Shown here: positions 47,522 to 64,000 of the stretch, piece by piece | Layout: the number at the start of each line of letters is the position of its first letter | Numbering within the stretch: the first letter of the stretch is position 1 | Assembly: GCA_963693365.1 (NCBI GenBank) | Contig: CAVNZM010000003.1 | Coordinates: forward strand, 3,605,106-3,669,105 | DNA length: 64,000 nucleotides | Direction: 5' to 3' | From: Amoebidium appalachense | Taxonomy: Eukaryota; Protista; Ichthyosporea | Translations under genes and position numbers: made by a program | Notes under the pieces: model-generated | Told to the model about the DNA's origin: nothing | The model's database searches: none | Seen by the model: only the letters and a program-made list of their open reading frames with translations

Positions 47522-48015
47522 CTACTGCGTGTTCCTGCGCAGCCAATCAGATGTGACCGTTACATACTGTATATACATGGTTTCATGATCGCGGGCAACT
47601 AAAAACTTTATATATCTGAATGTGGCTACAAAAGCAACACGCCATACATCGATGAAAGAAACATGGTAACAATGACGTGACAACCGAACTTCGGAAGAGT
47701 AGAAATGCAATAATAAATAGGATGGTATTAATAGGGTAGGTGATATCAAATATATTGTCATTTTGTGACTTATCATCGTGACTAACTCAGCAAGAGGCCG
47801 CATATGAAAGAAAGCGCTGTCAACATATCCTCTAACAGAGTGTTATCTACAATGCCACACAGCCTAGGTATGCAGCCGAGGACAAAGTATACACCCCAAA
47901 ACATGGTACACACACTAGCGAAAAACACTAATGCCATAACTCGCCAATTAAACAGACGACCATCTTCAAACCAACTCGTATAACTACATAAATGGCTGGA
48001 TTGTATCCCAACCAA
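47522..48015 (-). pseudogene. possible decayed multi-pass membrane protein gene
   Basis: Two overlapping out-of-frame ORFs (48015-47782, 47803-47522) with consecutive hydrophobic segments in non-repetitive DNA; no recognised family. Confidence 0.25.
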
Positions 48016-48371
48016 CGTCGCAAGTCAACTAAACACATCAATGTACATCTGATACTCGTGTTCACTCAGAATATACACGTACAGTCATATAAACTACTAT
48101 GCAGGAGTCACCGGAATTTTTTGCTGTTCTAGCACGGCTGGGACACGTGAAGCCAAACAAGCGATTTATCTTAACGATGTAACGGTTATGAAGCACCAGT
48201 AAATCCGTAAATTGTAGGTGGTACAACAAGGGAAAGATGCAAGTTCAAACCTGATCAGAGTCAAAAATATATATATATATATATATATATATCAAAAATC
48301 AAGTCTCAACCAACAAATTCAAAACCCCTACACGGCAACAACAATCACAATATCTTTTGTAACAAAATCAT

Positions 48372-49730
48372 TCAACAAATCAGCACCAACCCACACTCCA
48401 GCGCATATTGAACCGCCATTCTCCTCAGTGCCTCTTCCTTCCTCTTTTCCTCCACCGCCCTTGCATGTCTTGCCCGCCTCTTTTCCAAAAGCACCCCATG
48501 ATTCTCCGGGTCCCAGTATTTGTGACTCAGACCGTGTTTGTTGCAGAGCACTAAGTTATCGGGACCTGTGCGCCAATGTGGTTTTTTCAAATTCACCATA
48601 AAAGGGTTGTCACAAAACTCTTTTCCATCAATGGGCACGTCGCAGGCTTCTCCGTCTTTATCGACAAAGTGCCACATGCAATTAAACCAACTCTCCGGTT
48701 TGTCCATGGTTAGTCTCCACCCTAGCGTGCGGGCACATAATGCGGCAAGGCGCGGAACATGCCGGGCGATTTTAGGACGTGGTCCACTCGAAGTGTCGGG
48801 GTCGACGTCGGCCTCATGGGGCCATTCCACTTGAGGGGCAACTTGAGTGGTGGTTGCCACAGCGGGGAGAGTTTGAGACACGTTATCTAAGTTCAAGAGG
48901 GGCTGGGTGGTGGTTTTTAAAGGAGGTAGGGTGGCCGTAACGGTTGTCGCTTCGGTTTTGCTTTTCTTCGTAGAACCTTTGCCCGTAGAGGCGCTACGCT
49001 TGTTCTTCTTAGGTGACGCGTCTAGTTTCCCGGGTGTTTCTGCGTCATTACATTCGTTGTTGTTATGACTTTTACCGGTGGGTACGCGTGTCGTATTTGA
49101 AACTGGGGGAGAAAAACAAGATGGGTGGGTGGATGAAGTGATCGGGTCGGGCTGCGGTGTTAAATTTGGAGTTGTGGTTGTGGCTGCCACCTGTGCATCC
49201 ACTTGGGGGGACTGCTGTTGCGCAACGGTCTCCACCCATGTCTCTGGCTCTGCGGAAGGAGTATTCACATGCACGGGCGGGTATACGAAATGATTTGCTG
49301 CAGAAAATGTATTATCGGGGACGGTGTTGTCATCCACGAGAATGTTCCCCTTTTCGAGTTGAGGGGCAGGTGGGTCGACGGGATTCAATTGAAAGCTGCC
49401 ATTGTGCACGTGGGGGGCAGATCTCGAGGAGGAAGCGTCGTTTGGCAATCCAAGCACCATATCCACAGGGGGTTCGGGGTTCATCTGCACAAGACCATCA
49501 CTGCCCACCGCGGCTGGTAACGAAAACTTTGGCTGTGTTGTAGAGACGTTAACGTATGTAGAGGCAGAAGGTGGTGGTGAAAGAGGGTTGTATCCTTCGT
49601 CGTCGAAGAGAGGGGGCAGGAGATGTTCTGGGGGGATTGCAAGGTCATACTCTCGCTGTGGCGTATCAAAGTCGCGTGTCTCATACATTTCCATGTTGTA
49701 TGGAGAGGAATATGCCGAATTTTCGTCCAT
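48372..49730 (-). CDS. intronless 452-aa protein with an atypical GATA-like zinc finger; putative transcription factor
   Basis: Open non-repetitive ORF; acidic/Pro/Thr-rich N-terminus; basic PKKNKR patch; CDNPFMVNLKKPHWRTGPDNLVLCNKHGL resembles the GATA TPxWRxGPxGxxxLCNACGL motif and is followed by a basic tail. Confidence 0.8.
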   Translation of the reverse strand: MDENSAYSSPYNMEMYETRDFDTPQREYDLAIPPEHLLPPLFDDEGYNPLSPPPSASTYVNVSTTQPKFSLPAAVGSDGLVQMNPEPPVDMVLGLPNDASSSRSAPHVHNGSFQLNPVDPPAPQLEKGNILVDDNTVPDNTFSAANHFVYPPVHVNTPSAEPETWVETVAQQQSPQVDAQVAATTTTPNLTPQPDPITSSTHPSCFSPPVSNTTRVPTGKSHNNNECNDAETPGKLDASPKKNKRSASTGKGSTKKSKTEATTVTATLPPLKTTTQPLLNLDNVSQTLPAVATTTQVAPQVEWPHEADVDPDTSSGPRPKIARHVPRLAALCARTLGWRLTMDKPESWFNCMWHFVDKDGEACDVPIDGKEFCDNPFMVNLKKPHWRTGPDNLVLCNKHGLSHKYWDPENHGVLLEKRRARHARAVEEKRKEEALRRMAVQYALECGLVLIC

Positions 49731-50065
49731 TTTTGCAACTAGTTATCATGTGTTTGAAGGAGAAACCTGGTTTGGAAAGACACCGCGATTACACATGCAA
49801 CGCGAACTCTTCGAAGAGCAACAGAAGCCTGCCTGAACACAGGCCTGCTGACTATTAAAGCAGTAGTAGTTATCTGTGCGAAAACCCCCCCAAAAAAACC
49901 GGTGTGTTTCATGAGTTCAGTGCGAATTCGTGTAGACATGTGCTTGCATCGAGGCATGTACGTATCGGAGGGTCTAAATAGAGTCAGGGCGGCCGCGCTT
50001 TGCTTTTGTCGAGCCTCGGAAGCAATCGTGAATCGCCATCTATGTCATAAAAAACGTCCCTTTTG

Positions 50066-50124
50066 ATTGGGCGTACAGATAGAAATGTGGAGATAGGAAT
50101 GTCGAATGCCCATATGATTGGCTG
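50066..50124 (-). promoter_or_regulatory. two CCAAT boxes upstream of the GATA-like gene
   Basis: attgg at 50066-50070 and tgattggctg at 50115-50124 (cagccaatca on the gene strand), 340-390 nt upstream of the ATG. Confidence 0.4.
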
Positions 50125-50339
50125 TCATGAATGGTCCAGCCTAGGCTCACGAGCGGTGGCGAAGAGCAAGTTCGTCGAAGTGAATCCCAACGAACATTAT
50201 AGATAATCAAATTCGTCTTGGTATCACATTTCTCTTTATTTTATTTTTTTTATTAAAAAAAAATAGTAACCTACCTTGGTCCATAACGTTTCCGTGATAC
50301 ATAACCCACCTACAAATTGGAATGCGTGAGCTATGAGCT

Positions 50340-51347
50340 CAGGGTTCGAAGTTACGAAAAAAAAATCGGAATTTCCGATATTTGAAAACACAGTTCCGAA
50401 AATCGTCCCGGCCGAATCGAAACGCCCAAAAGCCCCCCCCCCCCCCCCCCCTCCCCCCCCCCCCCCCCCCCCCCCCGCCGGCCCCCGGGGGGGAAGCTTC
50501 TCATGACTTCGCAGGTCTCATCATACACGGGGCATACACCACCCACACAAGCTGCACACGTACGTACGTGTCTCCCTGTCCCTGTAGAATGTTCAATGGC
50601 AGACCCTGACTAGAGCGCCAGCCTAGCACATGTACATGTTGTCACACCAAACACATTTATGCACACACCCACGCGCGCGCGCACACACACACACAGAGAG
50701 AGACACACACACACACATTCACACACACACAGCCGTGACACCACATATGAATCGGGCCATGCGCATGCATGGCCACATGAACATACAATGCATATGCCTG
50801 CGCATGTATATATAGGCCGGCCTCCACTTCAAAACTTTCCCTTCCCAGAAATCGAACCCCATTCCCCCCTCCTCCGCTGCCCACCGTTTCCCTCCACCAG
50901 TGCTACCCCTCCTTCTCCCCCACACCGCCGCTCCGGCCTCACCCCTCCCCCCCCCCCCCCCCCCCGCTCCTCTCAGGCGGATCCTCCCCCCCCCCCCCCC
51001 CTACTAGTCCTCCCCCCCCCCCCCCCCCTTCCCCCCAGGAAGGCCTAAACATGGAATGGATCCAGATGCTCAGAGTCGACGGCCACCAGGTGCAGGTGCC
51101 ACGTGTATCACGATCAGTGGCACGCGTCTTAAATGGCAGGCAATACACACACTGTGCACCACTGTGTTCCGTTCAAAGACACACATGCACATACATACAC
51201 AGCCGTGACACCACACATGTGACCTAGGCTAGTATACGTGCACAGGCACATACTATCTCAGATCATAATAACTGTATTAAAAACGTGCACATACATGCAT
51301 CCACCCTTTACAATCACATGCTATGCACCCACCCACCCACACACACA

Positions 51348-51387
<40 letters not shown>

Positions 51388-51445
51388 CTTACACTGCACA
51401 CAGAGTCACACCATGTACACGGCGCACGCACACACACCCCGTGGC

Positions 51446-51480
<35 letters not shown>

Positions 51481-52634
51481 CAAGAAACTGTTGGTACAAA
51501 CACACCCACCCACACTGGCATGTACACACACATACACAGACACACACACGTGCACCCTGCATACATACACACCACACTGCACACTGTACATACATACACA
51601 CACACCATAACCGTTAACACAAAACACACACATGCACACAATGTCATGCACACACACAAACACAAACACACACACACACACACACACACACGTGCACATG
51701 TGCACACATGCACACAACATAGACACACACACACCGATTACCGCTGACACAAATACACACGTGCACCCACACCTGTACACAAACACACACACACACCGTG
51801 CATACATACCCACCACACACACACACACAATGGCAAAGAAAAATACTCACACACACACAAACACAAACACAACCAACCAACGTGATTTTCTTCCCCCCCC
51901 CCCCCCCCCCTCCTCCCCCCCCCCTCCCCCAAACATTCGATTTCTGCCTGAGCTTCCCATGTTGCTGCCTCAACTCACTCCCCTCCCTCCCACCCCCCCC
52001 TCCCCCCCCCCCCCCTCCCCCTCCCCTCCCTCCCCTCCCCTCCCCCAGAAACTACTTGACGGTTACTAGGTGCTGGTGTGTTGTCAGAGATCCAATTTAT
52101 TTGAAAGGGTTGGCAAGTATACACATTGTGCACCCTGTTCCAGTCAAAAGCTACACTAGGAAATCTGCCAGACTCTATAGCCTTCTTTTGGGCTGCTGCC
52201 TCGGCCACCTGGGCCTTTTCCAGCTGCTCCTTGGCCCCCTCTACAGTCAACCCTTTCAGTTTGCCCTCCTTAACTAATTTCTTAGCCAGTTCTTTCTGAA
52301 ACCTAAGCTCAGCTTTCACATGCTTCACATCTGCCTCTATATCCGGCCCATTCATGGCTATCATGAGCTGATTGTGCACTGTCTGTGTTGTCATACGTGC
52401 TTTGAAGAAGTCTCAATGATATTCACACCAGAGAAGCCACGTTCACTTGTTGCATTACTAATTGGGATTATTCTCACAATGTTAACCAACTCAAGTACAA
52501 GTACTCAAGTTTACTGATGCGCGACGATTACGATTTTTTGTGGGCCTGCTCCGACGGAGCATTCCGATTTTCGAAGATTTTCCGAAACGGGATTTCGACT
52601 TCCGTTAATGGGCTCCACCGTCCTTCGAACCCTG
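50340..52634 (-). mobile_element. non-autonomous (internally deleted) hAT DNA transposon
   Basis: 12-bp TIRs CAGGGTTCGAAG (50340-50351) and CTTCGAACCCTG (52623-52634); 8-bp TSD tatgagct (50332-50339) vs catgagct (52635-52642); contains a hAT dimerisation-domain remnant. Confidence 0.9.
52070..52500 (-). pseudogene. hAT transposase C-terminal dimerisation domain remnant
   Basis: LELVNIVRIIPISNATSERGFSGVNIIET, then a frameshift, then RMTTQTVHNQLMIAMNGPD; matches the P.S.A.xERGFS...R.RL...LM.I..NGP pattern. Confidence 0.8.
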
Positions 52635-54851
52635 CATGAGCTGTGCGCAGAGCTGTACAGAGCCTCCTGTCAAGAATTGCGATTGGATGCTTCGTAATCA
52701 CCCCAGATTTTGTTAACACTTTGTTAACACCTTCATATACTGTCATTGTAGCTGTACCTTATTTCCGAGGTCTATGTAAAAAACAATTTGTTCGCATTTA
52801 ACGAACACTTTTAAATTCAATTATGTTAAAAAATTTATGTTCAGTTACCTGTCATAGCGGAATTGACTGTTAGGAGTCCGACTCATTCGGACATGTATAC
52901 AAACAAATATATATCGATTTGGCCGATCGCGATTGCGAATTCGGTGTCCATCATTCAAAAAAAATTTTTTTTATTATAATGACATTATTGATATTCTCGT
53001 CAAAATAGAGATAATCGAGATATCACAGATATCTCAGCGAAGAAAATACAAAAAAACCTTACTCTCGGATACGGATAAGATAACGACTAAGATAATCATA
53101 CACCTTAGAAAACTCATGAAACATTCGGTGATAAACACCCCCATTTAACAGATAGTCAATAGACGTAATATCAGGGTTATCTAAATAAGCCAGCCTTCTA
53201 ATTATTTTTTTTTTAAGGCCAAAAATTGAATTTGAACCTATTGACCACCACCTCAAGGTTTGCGTGTGGAAACAGCTTCCTTTCCGTTTTCTCAATGCTA
53301 CAGCAAAATGACACTATTGGGTTGTAAAATGCCTACATATAAACTGAGATTTGAGTGATCGAGACATTGAAACCCAACAATGGTGGTTTTGGGGGAAACG
53401 CACCTTTTCACGGCAAGCCAATCATCAAGCCAGCGAGCAGTTGTTTGCTTTGCAACTTTTTAGTGCCAACTTCCAAGGTCCCCCTGAGCCAGCAGTTGGG
53501 GACAACAAACAAAATGGTTTTTTTTTTTTTTTTTTTGTTGGTCCAGCTGCAACTGCAAGCGTAAGGTTAACGTTGCTTACGCCTTAAAAAACAGAAGATA
53601 CTTCCCTCTTGTCGTAAAAGTTTCGGCAGCTATTCCAGGCTAGCTATCATGAGACTACACTAGTACTGAAGCCCAGCATAAGTCGATTTTCGCTGTGCTA
53701 TTGGCTGCTAGATAAAGGAGGACACTTACCATACATACCTCCGTGATCACTGACACTGAGTGGGCGCTATTCGAGGAAACAGGCTGACGTAACCATTATT
53801 TCAACGTGAATTCACCGAATTTGGCTGGCATAGAGATGTTCACACGTGCCTCAGGAACGCCTGCTGCAGCTGCCCCAGCTTGAAAGATTTGATGGCACAT
53901 CATGAGCTTCATCACGGCATGCATTCACACAAACAAATTCAAAGCTTCTTCATAATGAGACCAGTGGTTGTGGTGACCGGTAATGGTTGTATTAAATGTA
54001 TGGTGAGGGTTCATAATTCGGGACAATGAAGGACATGTACATTCAATCAAAGACGTCGATAACAAAAAAGAAATAAGAAAACCGCTGCCCTTGCTACCAC
54101 AGTGTCTGTATGGATCCAAGATGATATCAGTAAAAAAGGCAATACATGTTCATGTAAACCTGAAGGTCCAAGCTTGGCCGGTGTGCGTGCAAATGCCATT
54201 CTGACAGCTCGGCACATGGAACATTCCAAATCGCTTCGGGCTGCAGCCTGGTGGGTGCGACTCTGGCCATCCCTGCGGCTTACAGTGGCTTTCACTCTGC
54301 TGTCAATTGTTGCCTCTTGGCTCTCTCACGTATGCATATACCGTACGGTATTCCCGAGGTACGGTGACAGGGTTCGCGCATCACGGTACCTGCAGCACCA
54401 GCTGTATGCCGAATCTACATAATCAGAGGTACGGTGAAGTGAACTCCTCCTACTTCCCTCCCCCCACCCACCCACCCACCCACCATGACCACCCGTTTGG
54501 AATGCACCGCACCTGTGCGAGAGAGAGATTTAGGGAGGGAGGGAAGGGGGGGGAGGGGGGGAGGGGGGAGGGGGGGGGGGGGGGAAGAAAGGGAGGGAGG
54601 GAGGGAGGGAGGGAGGGGCGGAGGGAGGGAGCAAGGGAGGGAAGGAGGGAGTTTTGGTGGGTGGGTGGTTGGGTGAGTGGGTGGGTGGTCGGGAGAGGGA
54701 GAGACAGAGAGAGAGAGAGAGAGCGAGAGAGAGAGGGGGGGGGGGGGGGGGGAGGGAGGGAGGAGAGAGAGACTCGGGGGGGGGGGGGGGGGGGGGGGGA
54801 GGGGGGGAGGGGGGGAAAGAGAGAGCGGGGGCGGGGGGAGGGAGAGAGAGA

Positions 54852-54930
<79 letters not shown>

Positions 54931-54988
54931 GTGTGTGTGTGTGTATGTGCGTGTGTGTGTGTGTGGTGTGTGATTGTGTGATGTGTGT

Positions 54989-55022
<34 letters not shown>

Positions 55023-55026
55023 GGGG

Positions 55027-55071
<45 letters not shown>

Positions 55072-55447
55072 GGGAGGGGAGGGAAGGAGGGAGGGCTCGG
55101 GGAGGGAGGGAGGGAGGGAAGGAGGATCCGGAAGGGGGGTGAGTCTCAGAGGTGGGGGGGGAGAGGGGGGGGGAGGGGGGGGGGGGGGGAGGAGAGAGAG
55201 AGAGAGAGAGAGAGAGAGCCGCGGGGGGGGGGGGGGGGGGGGGACTCGGACCACTAGCTAGCACCACCCGTCTTGATGTTACTGGCAGTCCCATTCATTA
55301 GGCAGTATGTGCAATTGGGCAGCCAAATCACTTGCCTTTTGACAAAAAACTTGAAGTCCCCCCACCCGTCCACTCCAACCCCTCCCCCCCCCCCCCCCCC
55401 CCCCCAACCATGCAACATACATCCCCACACACCTATACCAGCATGTG

Positions 55448-55502
<55 letters not shown>

Positions 55503-55839
55503 GGAAAAAAAACACACAAACAAACACACACAGAGCACACACACACACACACACACACACACGCGCACACACACACGCACACACACACACACATTGAGAT
55601 TCTTGACCAAGAATGAGTCTGAGACTGTTGAGAAACTAACCCCCCCCCCTCCCCCCCCCCCCCCGGCCCCCCAGGGCCCCGTGCGGTGGAAAGCCCAACC
55701 GCCCACCCAGTGGCACCCACCTGCTCGCCGTTAACGGAAGCTTCGAAATACACATCAAAAGTTTCCATTTGTTGGACGAACGGGCATGTAGGTGTATGTG
55801 TGTATGTGGGTGGGTGGGGAGAGGGGGGAAGGGGGGGAG

Positions 55840-55877
<38 letters not shown>

Positions 55878-56326
55878 CTGGCTGTTTAAAAGGCTGATGA
55901 AGATTGGAAAAGGGGGAAGACGAGATAAATAGTGTCACGGGCTTAGCCTAATCATGCTAATTAGCCTAATTAGGACATGCGGCAAGTTGAGTGTCAGAGG
56001 TATCGATGTGTGTCTCAGCCGGCCAGCTCTTGTGCTGATTTTGTTCAAACAGGTCACTCACGGCAGTGAACGTATTTTTTTCCTTCTATCTTTATTGTTT
56101 AAGAGCATAATATCATGCGGTACCTTTTTGACAAACAAACATCTGACGGCACCATTCCCGGTATATTTTTCAACGTGATTCTTGTTTTTTAATTTTTAGA
56201 GATACATATGTACGGTCAAAGAACCTGGTAGATATACAAAGATAACCTATTTTCCAAGTATCATTCTTCAGTAAAATGCTTAACTTCTAGTGACTGGCAG
56301 AGATGTGTAAATTGCATGTTTAACTT

Positions 56327-56413
<87 letters not shown>

Positions 56414-56522
56414 CGGCGTGTAACGAATGCGAGACAAGATATTTACCAGACTTGATTCAGTGATCACATCTTAGTCCCATCCGCTCTTAGTGCGAATTTG
56501 CACACAATGATATGTCAGTTTA

Positions 56523-56660
56523 ACATTATAGCAAATGCGAATATGCACGCATGATGAAATGTCTATATAACATTATTGCGAATGCGAATATGCGCAAAAT
56601 GAAACGTCTATATAACATTATTGCAAATGTGCACACAAAGCCTTAACGTCTATATATAAC
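56523..56660. repeat. three degenerate ~46-bp tandem copies
   Basis: acattat.gc.aatg...gtctatata repeated downstream of the mosaic gene stop codon. Confidence 0.75.
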
Positions 56661-56793
56661 ACGAAGAGGATGTGACGCGAAGAAAAAAACTTCATGAAAT
56701 GACATATAGATTGTACCATCTGGCTAAACTTTTAAATTAATCGACGATTTTAAATTCAGTTACTACTATGAAATCCATGAACCATGCTAATTG

Positions 56794-63707
<6,914 letters not shown>

Positions 63708-64000
63708 CTGTGTGTGTGTGTGTGTGTGAGGGGGGGGGGGGGGGGGGAGAAGGGAAAAAGGGAGGAGACGGGGGGAGGGAGGGAGGGGGGGGGGGGAGGG
63801 GGGGAGGACGGGAAGGGGTGGGGAGAGGAAGATGTGTTGATTGTAAATATATAACGGAGCCAACGTTCAAAGACTAAGGAAGAGATGATAGATATAGCAA
63901 AGTAAAGGCATGGAACTTTGGAGATATGTGGAGCGGGGAGGATAGGGGTGTTCTGCTCCGTTCAAATTTTTTTTTTTTTTTTTTTTTTTGAGGGGGGGGG

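Noticed and set aside
53700-54430. Possible coding exons in non-repetitive DNA
   Set aside because: Short ORFs on both strands with no recognisable motif or consistent splice model

Overview
Eukaryotic nuclear DNA with GT-AG introns. Introns and spacers are saturated with poly-G/poly-C tracts and (GT/CA)n and (CT/GA)n microsatellites, so most entries in the ORF track are artefacts. The gene content would fit a unicellular holozoan such as an ichthyosporean, but the taxon is inference only. Manually spliced genes: a 4-exon Ctr copper transporter (414-4054, +); a disrupted TRAF zinc-finger/MATH pseudogene (4680-5500, -); an 11-exon DENND1/connecdenn-like Rab GEF (15178-30135, -); two tandem paralogous 3-exon orphan 7TM proteins (35301-38201 and 40383-44317, +); an intronless protein with a non-canonical GATA-like zinc finger (48372-49730, -); and the 3' part of a TSP1-PAN-EGF_Ca-PAN mosaic extracellular protein with one phase-1 exon per domain (56794 to beyond the window end, -). 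Mobile and repeat DNA includes a non-autonomous hAT element with TIRs and an 8-bp TSD (50340-52634), a TIR-bounded element (11833-13040), a foldback hairpin (59275-59448) and a 62-bp minisatellite. The most notable observation is a dispersed ~260-nt element in DENN introns (20521-20785, 28963-29223, plus fragments). Its host-sense strand folds into a K-turn plus pseudoknot structure supported by compensatory substitutions between the copies, and it matches no RNA class I recognise.
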